Source of the DNA: Takakia lepidozioides
Lineage: Eukaryota > Plantae > Bryophyta
Reading direction: 5' to 3'
NCBI GenBank assembly: GCA_030704615.1
Contig: CM060733.1
Span: 38,812,001-38,876,000, forward strand
Length of the DNA stretch: 64,000 nucleotides
In this document: piece after piece, positions 46,914 to 59,530 of the stretch
Numbering within the stretch: position 1 is the stretch's first letter
Layout of the letters: each line of letters starts with the position of its first letter
Program-made: the position numbers and the translations under genes
The notes under the pieces: model-generated
Database searches by the model: none
The model's input: the letters and a program-made list of their open reading frames with translations, nothing else
What the model was told of the DNA's origin: nothing

Positions 46914-49900
46914 TAACTTAAGAATAAAAAAATTCACCGGAATTGAATACCAGGATCCTGATTTTGCCTACGTGGACCTGTTAAAACGTGCCACTTGTTA
47001 TATAGCCACTTTTTAACCCTCTCACCTCGTTATTCTCGCCACATGGGTGCTGCGATTTTGGAAGAATGTAAAGAAAAACACTGATTTGGTCTAAAATTCC
47101 ATATTCAGAAAATATTTTTAAAATAAGTAATATCCATTAGATATATCTCTAAAATAGAACCAGAACCTGGAACCGGTGTCTTTCTTTTGAGCAACTAACC
47201 AGTAACTGGTGCCCCAATGCTAAAAAGTTGAAACCAAAACTGGACCAGAACCGTCCCAATAAAAAAAACCAGAACCGGACCCAGAACCATCTCTGGAAAT
47301 ACTTGTGGAACTAAAATAGAAGGTCTCTTCGTAAAATCAAGAACCTCCCAACACTAATGCGGGTCATCGTGGATTTGTGGGAGGGTGCTAAGCTGGCTGG
47401 AGAGCCTATAAAAGATCCATGTTGAAAGGCCGGGGGAGAAAGGGCCAGCTCCTCTGCGGCAAAAAAAAATAGTTTTCTTACTGCTGGTGCGCCCGGTCGT
47501 GGATGGTGGACTTGTTCAGCTTTCTGGGCTCCTAGTCTCGACTTTCTAAATAACTGGGTAACTATTTTGTGGATAAGACATTCGCTTGAATAAGAGTCAA
47601 CGAGAATGTGCAAAGAAAGACTGCACGAAGGTGGGAGTAACTAAAACTTTGTTCACGTTTCCACGTCGTAAGTACATGCACACCGTCCCTCCCACATCTT
47701 CCAAAACATGCCGCCCATTGCCCTTCTGCCCTGCAATAGCTCTCATACTCTCTCCCAGCTGTTTGTATACTGTGCAATATGTTAATTCAGTTGGCCAATA
47801 AGCCAATTTTTCATATATTATGCAATATTTTAAAAGATAACACTAGCAATAATGTAAGGACTTAATGCAAGCATGCGTTATACTGCCTGCTACAGCTTCC
47901 CCTAGGTGGACTGTCCTGGGTGCCACCCAGTCACTATGTGATGGCCTCCTATCATGGTTATTTTCTCCATGATCTTTTTAATATGATTTAAAAGGCTTTC
48001 TCCCTTTAAAAAAAAAAAAAAAACATGAGATCTCTGAAGCGGCTTTTGGTCTATCAAATCTTCCCCACCCCTATCTCAAGAGTGGGGTGGGGAGACATTA
48101 GTGACCCGAAATGGGCTGACATCATTGGATTGACACCAAATATATATGGGAGTGCCACGAAAGCTAGTGAGTGTCACTCCAGTGGATAACTGTTCTTTGA
48201 CTTTCTAGATGGCTCAATAATGTTGTTGAGGGTGTGCCCTATTCTTTTGGTATTGCCCTCAAATCATTATCACATACATATTGTCACATGTCTCACGTCA
48301 GGATGCAGAATCTCCTGTATCTGATTTTAGTATATGCATTAACTTTATTTAGGGATCTTAACTTTGACTTGTTGACTGGAGCAAATTTAGATCTTCATGT
48401 ATTGAGACATGTCTATCTCCCTAACTATATGCAAGGTTGTGAAATGATCTGAACTTAGTAGTAGGAGATTGACGCACTAAAATTTGGAAAGAGATTTCAC
48501 ATTGACACTTTGCTTGAGACATGTCACGATGGGGGATCTCCCGTGCCTTAGTATTATATGCAGTATCTTCTGAATGTTTTGGATAGGACCGTCTTCGCAT
48601 GTTGGTACTTTGATTTAGACATTGGACAAGGGAGATCTCCTTTGCTTGATATATGCAAGTTATGAAGTTTCTCATTGCTCTAGATGTGGACCAGCGGTAA
48701 TAATGTTCTAGGGATGTGGCTCGGGACATTCCATATAGGCACTTTCGGTAGAGTATTTCAATAGTGGGAGAAACATGTTAGTGAGAGGAGGTCTCCTCTA
48801 CTCATATTAGAGAGGGGATTTGTTGGCTCTCTTGCAGAGAGAGACTTTGCAACATGTTCAAGTCAACGGAGAAAATGTGGTTAAAGGACCTTACACCGTG
48901 TCAAGGCTCCTGTTGGTCCGATTGTGCTGAGTCATGCCCTTACTCTCACCTTCCTCTTATGTTTTGCCAAAGCAAGAGAGCCCATTGCCGTTTTAGGCTT
49001 GTTGATTTTATTGCAAATATTATAAATGTTGCTCTTTTGCATAAATGTATAATGTATTATATGTTATAGATAATTATTATTCTTGACTTTTGAAAGTGTA
49101 CATTTAGTTAAAACCTAGTTTCATACCCGGCCCTATCTTCTATACAAATCTTAGCTTTTGCAAAGTTTTATTACATAGCTAGGTTGCCATTGGATTTTTC
49201 TTTTCTCAATATTGCAAGCATTGTTGAATATAGTGTTCCTGAATATACCCTTGGGTAAACAGTAAAGATATATTTATTTATTTAACCATAACCGACATTT
49301 AATTTACTATCAGGATAAAAGTGAGGATTTTTATTATTTATTTATATCCTTGAATTAATCAATTATATTAATTAATTCACGAACATCAATATACCTGACC
49401 TTGAGGGTAAAACAAACAAGTGGATAGTCATGTAATGGCTCCACCCTAATTACAAAATTGGAAGGCTACCGCTTGGCGGTCCTGATTTAATAAAAAATTA
49501 AATATCCAAATGTTCAAAATACAAAATCGGGACTGCCAGTAAAAGACACCTTGCCTAGGAAGGCGTCGTCACTTTTTTCACAATGATATACCATAAGATA
49601 CATCACTAAGTGACTAGGTAGTTTCAAGGGTAGTTTAAAAACTGTAACAATTGATTTATGTCAAAGACAATGCACTCTTGGTTTTTGTGTGTAATTATCC
49701 AAATATAGTAAATATTTGAATCTAACTAGATAATAATGTCTAGATAATTTGGTGAATTAAATTAAAATTTCATGTGATAAATATTCATGAATTGTTTTGT
49801 GAATGGAGATTTTTGTTGTTCTTGTTATTTGACATTTTTGGAGGCATTTTGCAAAGATAAACCATACACACAATATTGAAGCACTTAGAATGTTAACACA

Positions 49901-50566
49901 ACAAAATAATTAATGGGAACAAAAAATAATCTATCTACGTGGATAGGATTATGACATAAATGCTTTTACATATATATATAGAACACTTAACAAATAAATG
50001 TGAAATTTAGTAACAAAATATTTTGTGTTCTTCACCTCGATAGAAAATCATAATAATAATGAAATGCAAAGAACAAATGTGAAAGATAAAATCGAATGTG
50101 ATGGAGTTGGAGGGATAAATCTGATGATAACTAAATATAATGGACTCATTCTGGAAAAAGAGGTGAAGAGATAAGTCTGAAGGAAACTGAATATAATAGA
50201 ACTGAAGGGATAAATGTGAGATATAACTGAAGGGATAAATGTGAAGGGAACTGAATATAATCAATAAATAAAGCAAGATAGTTTGTTTGTTGGCTCCTCC
50301 CTAAGGAGAGACCACTCATCTTGATTGTTTTCTCTTGATGTGCCTTCCCTAGTTAATACCTATCTGTCAAGATCATACATTCCCACTAAGTAGCCGTTTT
50401 CAGTATACTGTAGATTCTAATCCGCCAATTGTTACCCATTCATTCATATAACTTGGTGAGTGCTATAATTTCATTATATTCAGTTTCTTTCATATTCATC
50501 CCCTTAGTTCTAGTATATTCAATTTCCTTCCGATCTATCCCGTCAGTTGTATTATATTCAGTTCCT

Positions 50567-53420
50567 ACTAGGGTAGCCTATGCCGTTGGCCCAAGTGTCC
50601 AATGTTATCTAAGTCATTTAAGTCTAATCATTTTTTTTCCACAGAGCCTATGACCAGATTTGAACCGGAGACCTTTCCTTTGATATCTCTCATGTCGAGG
50701 CTCCAATCATTGTCCTAGGAATGTCCACTTTGCTATTTTCCATGAATTTTCGACGACCAAAAGTACTTGAAATTCCACATCTCCCACACCGCACGTCCAA
50801 AAATCATGAGACCAAGCCGGTGCACCCCTCCTCATCGAGGGCTTTCCAACGGTATCAAGCACCAGGGCTAGGGCTCGGGCTCAGGGTTTGGGTCATCTCA
50901 ACGTGACAAAACAAAACAAACGTCTCGCTTCATATATTGATACTAGGGTAGCCTGTGCCGTCGGCCTAGTGTCTAGTGTCATCTAAGTCCAAGTGCCATC
51001 CTCTATGTATCTAGAGACCCTGCAATTTGGGAGATCTCCACGTCATTGTTCCAGGAAAGCCATTTTGTTATTTTCACGAATTTCCAGCGACCAAAAGTAC
51101 TTGAAATTTTGTGTTGGTAGCATGTGCTGTTGGCCCAAGTATCTAGTGTATCTAAGTCCAAGTACAATCCCCTATGTATCCATAGACCCTCCAGTTTGGG
51201 AGATCTAGGGTAGCCTGTGCCATTGGCCCTTGTGTGAAGAATTGAAATCTAACAAGTGCGATCCCCTATGTATCCAAGTGCATCTCCTATGTACTCTAGG
51301 CCCATGTGTGAAGAATAATATATCCAAGTACGAGCCTGTGCTGTTGGCCCAAAGTGTCCAGTGTCATCTAAGTCCCAGTGCAATCCCCTATGTATCCATA
51401 TGTCGAGGCCCATGTGTGAAGAATTGAAATCTAAGCCCAAGTGCAATCTCCTATGTATCCAAGTGCTTCTCCCATGTAGAGGCCCAAGTGTGACCTCCAG
51501 TGTCCGATGTCATCTAAGTCCAAGCTGCAATCCCCTCTACATCCAAAGACCCTATAGTTTGAGAGATCTCCACGACATTGTTCCAACAAAGCTCACTTTG
51601 CTATTTTTGCTATCTTTTGTCGAGGCTTTCATATATTACTTTGCTATTTTTCGCAAATTTCCAACGACCAATTTCAAATCTCCATATACTAAAATGAAGT
51701 TGGATGTTTGTTTAGTTACAAAGAATGTGAGGTACATGAATGAACTAATGTTTAAAGAATATTGTAAACATGAACAAAATGAGCAATAATGTAATGTGAT
51801 TCAGATATTGGAATTTGGTGAAAGACTTAGAAATTTATATTAATACCTATGTATATACCGTAGTGGGATAGCCGGTTAGGCACTTGCCTGCCTAATAATT
51901 ATTTTTGGGGCCATTTGGCACTAGGCACTTTTGAGAAATGTTTTTAAATTAGGCATCTTGGATGTGTAAAATTTTCAACTAAAAAGAATGATCACAAAAT
52001 AAAAACACAAAAATATAAAAATACAGCCGCTGCCATGGATGAAAATGAAAACTGAGTCCATGGATGACGTTTAAATGAAAATTCAGCCGCTGACATGGAT
52101 GCAAATTGAACACTGAGTCCATGGATGACGTTTTATTTGAATATCATTTTAAATGGATATCACTTTTAGATTTGTTTTTCTAATTTAAATTTTATACCAT
52201 AGACACTTTAGAGAAATTTTTGAAAATTAGGCACTATTTGAAGACAAATTTTTAAATTAGGCACTCTTGTCAAAAGTAATTTATTCTGATTAGGCACTCT
52301 TTTTTCGAATTAATTTCTACCTAATTGGCTATCCCACTATGGTAGCCAATTTATTTATTTTTCCATGAATTTATTGAATAGTGATATATCCAATCATTAT
52401 TGATACTAGGGTAGCCTGTGCCGTTGGCCCAAGTATCAAGTGTCATCTAAGCCAAGTGCAATCTCCTATGTATGCAAGTGTGTCTCCTCGAGGCCCATCT
52501 GCGACCTCCTTGGGCCAATGTCATCTAAGTCCAAATACATTTTTTTTTTCCCACAGAGCCTACGACCAGATTTGAACCAGAGACCTTTCCATTGATATCT
52601 CTCCTTTGGAGGCTCCAACCATTGTCCAAGGAAAGCCCACTTTCCTATTTTTCGGGAATTTCCAACGACCCAAAGTACTTGAAATTCCACATTTCCCACA
52701 CCATAGGTCCAAAAATCCTGAGACCAAGCCCGTGCACCCCTCCTCGTCGAGGGCTTTCCATGGTAACAAGCACCAGGGCTGGGGCCTCGCGGTTGGGGAC
52801 ATCTCAAATCTACAAAACAAAACAAAGCAAAACAAACGTCTTCCTTCATATAATGATATCTCCTGTCGAGGCTCCAACCATTCTCCTAAGCAAGCCCACC
52901 TTGCTATTTTTCATGAATTTTTCGGCAACCAAAAGTACTTAGAAATTCCACATTTCCCACACAGCAGGTCCAAAAGTCATGAGACCAAGCCGGTGCACCC
53001 GTCCTCATCGAGGGCTTTCCAAAGGTACTGAAATCGTAGTCATAGGCCCATCGGTTTGGGAGATCTCAATGACACTACAAACAATATTGTGAACGCCAAT
53101 ATTTAAAAAGCCCACTTTACAGTTATGTCCACGTGCACAAAAGAGAAATGAAGGGCCAATCATTGCTCCAGGAAAGCCCACTTTGCTGTTTTTCACAAAT
53201 TTCCGGCAATTGAAAGTACTTGAAATTCGATATCTCCCACGCCGCAGGTCCAAAAATCATGAGACCAAGCCGGTGCACCCCTCCTCATGGAGGGCTTTCC
53301 AACAACACCAAGCACCAGGGCTGGGCCCTGCAGTTTGCCCTGCAGTTTGGGAGATCTCAACAACGCTACAATAATTTTGCCCGACAGTCTAGAAATTCCA
53401 CACCTTTCAGCACTAAGATT
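50567..53420 (-). mobile_element. Cluster of Helitron-like non-autonomous repeats with several stacked 3' termini
   Basis: (A)CTAGGGTAGCCTGTGCCGTTGGCCCA at ~50567, 50942, 51205 and 52405; internal unit containing CATGAGACCAAGCCGGTGCACCCCTCCTCATCGAGGGCTTTCC at ~50805, 52720, 52980 and 53260. Confidence 0.65.
51858..52342. mobile_element. Tc1/mariner-type MITE (485 bp, 23-bp TIRs, TA TSD)
   Basis: CCGTAGTGGGATAGCCGGTTAGG ... CCTAATTGGCTATCCCACTATGG, flanked by TA; internal TTAGGCAC repeats and a 60-bp tandem duplication. Confidence 0.88.
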
Positions 53421-56131
53421 CTCTCTCCTCCACAACACAAAAACAATCTAGGCTCTCTTGTTAATACTTATTGGGTGAACACTTTCGGGCCCAAGAAACC
53501 ACACTCATGCAAAGTGATAACTCAAACATAAGCATCTTGGGCCCTCCTTCCATTGAAAACTTCAACCACCATGGGATACATACTATGACAACAAAGCTTG
53601 GGTACCAAAATCATTCCAAACAATAATCGAAAGTCCATATAAGTACGGACATTCATATTACATTGGAATGTTTTCAAGTTTCCTTCTCCAAATTTTCTTT
53701 CAGTGTAATTTGGATTTTCAACCTTTATTGTTTTTAAACCCATGACCCAAGGGATTTCTCATAAATAAGCATTATTTTACCATCTTTAGAACACTGGTGA
53801 AACTTTAAAGCTTGGGCCTTTAGGAGTAAAGCAAAGTTTATGAGTGTATATACGAGAGGTTCTATCCATGTGGAACTCAAAGAGCACACATGGGGCCGTT
53901 CAACAAGCCTAACCACACTTCCCATCAGTGAACCCAAGGTTTGGTGCTTCAAAAAGACTCTTCTGTAGAACACCCCGAGCTATTTTTTAGGTTATAGTAG
54001 AAAGGGCTAATAACTGATCTCCCAACCATCAGAAATCAGATAGAAACAGCACATCCTGTATCAAGGTTATATAGCCTACAGTTGCACAAAGATTAATTAA
54101 GTCTTTCTTTCCTAAGTTCCCTTCTTTCTTTCAATCTCTCACTGAAGTCTTCCATTATGAGGATCAGAAATGCTTGGCAGCTTACCTGCACGAGGCCTTG
54201 TCGCTTAGACAATCCCTTGAGCAGTAGTTGCTTTTGGGCTGTTTTCCGGTTCTGGTTTTGTTTCCTCTCTCTTGCTTTTTCCCATTTGGCCCCATAAAGC
54301 TCTTTGAGCTTCCGCAGATGTTATAAAGTACCATTTCATTTCTTTTCCTACTTGTATACTTCAAATAAAAAACAACACTCTAAAAAACTGTTATTTCGTT
54401 TCTTTAGGAAAGGAGGACCTGGCAGTAAGTCTTTGACAACTCTAGATACCCATGCTCCGTGACCAAAGGAGTTACTCCCTACCACGGCTACTAAACTGGT
54501 ACAGTCCAGCCACAAAAGAATACATCTATGCTGTTGCATCCACTAGAAATCATATTAGTGGCTACTAGTCATATATACTACGACTTTCTGGGTCTTCAAT
54601 AGTGTGTGGGAGATTTGCTAGACAGTCCACAGATTCTTAGCCTCGCCCTTGAAGGTGTAAGGGACCAAAGCAGATCTTGAGGCTTCCCCAATCAATATCC
54701 AGACCTCGATTAATAGATGAGAAGGGGTGTAGACAATAGTGAAAATCATAGGCAAGTAGGGAAAAACTAATCCCTCTCAGCAGCCTGTCCAAACCCCATC
54801 TATCTCTTACCTCCCTTTTTTCATAGCAAAGCCTATGGTTCTTCATTTCTTTCTGATAGGTTTTCCAGCTACAAGAGTAGCAACAAGAACGACCTGGATG
54901 GTATTATGTGATGTTGGGTGGTCACCATCAGTGATTTGACTGGACAGGGACAGGTCAATTTTGCTCAAGTGGTGCACACAAGACGACCAAGTTGGGTGGC
55001 CCTCACTAGGAAAAGTGTCAATATTTCTCAAGTGTAACCCATGCCTGATGGACAAGACCAGTAACAGAGAGATATGTGAAGTCTTAGTTGAAATCATCCA
55101 GAACTAGTACTCACATATCCGGTGCTCATATTGCACCCTAGAGCTCTTTAGGCTGCCTGCAGACTGTTAAAATTACAGTGCTCCAGGTTTGGGCTAGAGC
55201 ATCTCATCAGGATAATACCAGTAATGATATTTATCTTACAAGGTTGGTTCTAGGAACAATGATTGTCATGTTCAAGAATGAGCTCTAAAATTGATCTTTG
55301 ACACTAAGATTGAAGCTTGGAATGCTCTGATTAACAGAGCTGAGGCTGTTCCCAACAGAGATTGCCGCAGCTTTAATGCAACACCGTAGTTGTGAACTTC
55401 AGATCGAATGAGGCATATCCATACTGAACTCATTTGAGTTTGTAGCAATAGTTAAACGGTACGATGAGTTTCCATTGCCAAGAGCATGTAGATTTCCAGT
55501 TCTTAGGATTTCCCAGGCATCACTTTAAAGTCTGCTCTTAATAGTAATCACCGAACCTTGCCTAGGGCAATCAATTGGTGGGATCCGGATGGCAAGATTG
55601 GTTTAACAGATAACAGATCTGGCCTGTAAAACAAATCTGGAACTCTGGACAAAACGAACTACTTGATTTGTTCGGAAAGAAGGAACCGTGCTTACCTGCA
55701 CCAAGGGACCTTTTGCTCAGCTGGGGCATTCAGAAGGACTTTGTAATATCACTGAATGGTGACTAGAGTGGGGCCAGGGTAACATCATCTTTTACTTCGT
55801 CTCTCTCCCCCTGCCTGATTGAACTACTGAGTACAATGGATCCGTATTCTAACCGACAGTTTTCTTGATCCTCTTACGAGGGAAGGCGAGGAGTTTGTGG
55901 AAAAATTGCCTTGGACTTGCAGTCTGCCTTGAGAAGAAACAAAATTAAGAAGGTGAAAATACGAGAGAGGGATGAAGGGCAAGGATGTACTCCCTTCTTG
56001 CGAAAACCATGCATGGCACAAAGACATCAATCCCTTTTGCAGCTGAGTGAATCTGCCACCAAGGGTATCTTTGTATGACAGCCACCGCAGGACGAGATTG
56101 GTGCCCTGAGAGTGCTCTGGTTGCCAAGTCA

Positions 56132-59100
56132 TCAGAAGTGAATGGGAGCCGGCTTCCCGCTCAGTTTGGTTTCACAGAAAGGGCACTTGTTAGTCTTCTC
56201 CCAAACATCAACAGCACACTCAGTACATGCACTGGCATGGTTGCATGGCCGGAAGCATGCTCGTTGTTTCAATTCATTGCACTTCTTCCCCTTTTTCTTG
56301 GAATAGCTGCCCTCCAGTTCCTCAAAACAGATAGAACACTCAAATCTTTGCAGTGCTTGTGAGGTCCTATCTCGTTCTCTTGCTGATGAAGCCTGTTCAT
56401 TTCTAAGTGTTGCCTGCAACTCTTTCTCAAATATAGCCTTTTCCATTTTTAGCTGTTTCAAAATGTCACCCTTCTCCTTCTGGAGAATTTTTGTATGAGA
56501 CCTGAGATCCTCCACTGCCTGCAACAGATGAAACAAAAAGCATGAAATCTGCTGAAATCAGAGTTGCATTTCCTGTCCCCTGTTATGACGGCACAGTCCT
56601 GAAGGGATACCAGCCATCCTGCTTTCCTATAGGCAGAGAGAAGGAAGGAACTTCATAACGTCCAAAGAGAACCTAACGAGGTTATAGGAGACGTGCTCAT
56701 TTATCATTCACTCCGACAATTGCTTTGAGAGAGAGGGAAAGAAGGGAACTCAAAGAATTCCACAGGAAGCCCAAAGATCTTACAAGGGAGAGAGAAGGGG
56801 GACAGGGAAAAGATTATCTCATACTTTCGTTGCCACCTTAAGCTTAGTAGTCAAGGAGTTCTTTTGAGCTTCAAGCTTTTTGGTCTCCTTCTCCAGAATC
56901 TTCTTCTCTCTATGAAGTTTATCCTCCGCCTGCCAAACACCAACCACTGAAGATCAACTCTAGAGACATTCCTAAGGTAAGACACACACACACACAGCCT
57001 TCAGAGCTCCATGAAGAACGACAGAAAAATGTAGTCACCTTCCAGAAACGTTTACTGTATTCTTACAATGGTGAGCCCCACCACACCCTCCTGGGTTTAA
57101 ACTGTGATTCTACACATCTACCCAGTAACATGTAATGCAGGGCAGGAAACAGAGAGAGAGAGAGACAGAAAAGTGGACTTCCTTTGTGGTGAATGACGGC
57201 GGCGGTCAACAGGATACCCACCTTTCTGGAGCCAGCTAAGGAATCTAAGCCTGCAATTTGCCATAACCTCGCAACAATATGCGACCATCCCATTTCAGGG
57301 AAAGCATGGCCATCCCCCTTTCTTAGGTTCTAAGCTTCTGCACTTTTAATGAAAAAGAAACAAGAAACAAGAACTTCAAACCAAGGAAGAACAACAATAT
57401 GAACTGAAGAGAGGAAGAGAGAGGCAGAAAGGATGTGTACATGCGCTGCATGTACAAGGCTTTCAAGCAACTCAGTTTGTCCATCCATAGACTCCATAGA
57501 CTTGTTGGAGTCCCTTGACTTCCACTCCCCCCTTGACTTTGAGTCTCTTGACTTCGAGTCCCTTGACTTTGAGTCAAGCTCTCTTGATTTTGACTCTCTT
57601 GACTGTGATTGCCTTGAATCCTCCATGATTTCTTTCCCTGATCTTTTGGCCCTTTTCCTCTCAGCTTGCGAACCCCGGGACAGCTGGAAAACCCATTCAT
57701 AGATGCCTGACATTGTTAGGAAATTGACACAGGATGTGAAGCCTCTCTGTTCAGAATAATGTTTCTGTAAAGCTGCAGAAGCTTTCATAGCCACTGATGC
57801 AAGATTGAGTTCAATTGTAGTTGATCTAGAGACAGTTGAAACAATCGATTGACGTGACGTGATACTACTTAAAAGTCCCTTAACCAAAGACACCAGAAAC
57901 ATTATCCCACTGCCAATCACATTAAAAACAAGCCAGCAGATGGTGACTCGTACTGATGAGGCAACCATGGGTGCCTTGATATAACATGGACTAGCAGGCA
58001 AATGCAGTCACTGTGCTGGTGGATTTTGTGCGTTTGGTCCAACCAGAACATAGACACACCCCACTGAAACCTAGTGCAGGTCTTCATTAAAGTATGGTTG
58101 TCATCCCGTTGTAGCCACAGACCCTGCTCCCAATTGGATGGAAGGCCTAGACAACCTATTGGACAGCAGAACAGTAAGCGAAAGGAGATGGATGAGGGGG
58201 AATGCAGTGTGGAAATATGTACAAAATGTCCCTGCAAGAGTCCCTCATACAGGACCAAAAAGGAAAAGGAAAGGAACTTTATAATGTCCACAGGAAGTTC
58301 AAAGAGCCTATGGGACAAAAGAAAGTATGAGACAAGAAGGAAGAGCCAGAGACGACACAGAAACCAACATAGCTGAAGTGATCATGCACGTCTACAAGGA
58401 TCTGAGAGGCTCATGATCATCACCAATCTCTCAGTTGTACGGTCCTTCTCGACAACCTCTTTTAGCAGGTTATCTTCATCATATCTGGGTTCTAGCTTTG
58501 GCCCTGCACTTCGTGAGACCTACACAACACACATGTATGCACCTGCATTTCCTCAGTTTTGCAAGAATGGCAACTCTCCATCTTTCAAGCATTTGAGGAT
58601 CCTGCATTACAGCTAATCTTGGGACAGAACTGCAGTGAATCTCAGATGCAAGAGAGCTGGACAGGGAAAGGGAAAGAGCCACTGAATGATGGTGGGCCAG
58701 ACCTTAGCCAGAGGGGACCATCTCTTCATGTGGTCCTTGACAATGTCTTTTCGGCGCATGTGCATCCCACGGCACTTGGTACAGCTACATCTCTCCTTCC
58801 CCCCTGTCTTGGAACACTGGGGTTCATTCATCACAAGGAGGCGTGGAGAACTGATCTTGGCCTCCCTCAACAAATTTCCTGGATCATTGCTATCATTTGT
58901 CCTCTCCTGCTTTTTCTGGCTACCTGGCCCAGCTGAAAAAGCTATGGATCTTTTGTTTCTCTATTTTGTCTCACCGTTATCCATCTATTATATCTAGTTT
59001 GGTAAAATGTACAACTGAAACAAATGTTCTTTCAGAAACTCTCTAAGCTGCTGTCAGAACTTCCTGGTGAGGGGGAATTTACCCCAATCTTTCCATAACA

Positions 59101-59530
59101 AGGGAATATTGAGATTGGAAGCAAATAACTGTTCAAGACATCAACATATGGTTAAAGGATGCCATCCAAGCCCAGACAGCCTTTCTCTCTCTTTCTTTTC
59201 TATTTCTCTGTGTCTCACACACATCACATGTGCATTTGCACAAACCAACAACATATGTCCAAACACTCTCATTCTGTCTCTCAGTGTACCTGGTTCAAGC
59301 CCTGCTTTGGCGACGTCATCCACTGGATTGCACTTATTTGGAGTTTCTGGCCTGCTGCTTGGCTTCTTGACTTCAGTTGCCTCTTCTGGAAGATGACCAT
59401 TGCTCGAATCACTCTCGCTGCTTAGTTCGTGCTGTCTCTTCTTGCCTCGCCTTTGTCCTCTGCTGTCGTGTCTGGTGGCCGAAGACAGAGAATCTGAGGT
59501 TGAACTGAATGAGGACCCCTCTTTAGGCAT
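56132..59530 (-). CDS. Coiled-coil plus C-terminal C3HC4 RING protein (putative E3 ligase). Predicted exons 59530-59290, 58932-58703, 58601-58543, 58519-58424, 57683-57441, 56929-56825, 56518-56132; one apparent 1-nt frameshift in the third exon
   Basis: CSICFEE...RPCNHASACTECA...CPFC RING; K/E-rich heptads; GT-AG junctions. The internal model is uncertain: the 59-nt exon breaks phase and the following intron would be only 23 nt. Confidence 0.7.
57510..57605. repeat. 15-bp coding minisatellite (SRDSK repeats)
   Basis: CTTGACTTCGAGTCC variants; translates as SRESKSRELDSKSRDSKSRDSK. Confidence 0.85.

Noticed and set aside
48200-49600. Possible solo LTR or other TE remnant
   Set aside because: No paired termini, TSD, PBS or coding motif could be supported.
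57330-58001. 223-aa ORF as a standalone membrane protein
   Set aside because: The hydrophobic ends look like read-through of T-rich introns around the exon 57683-57441.
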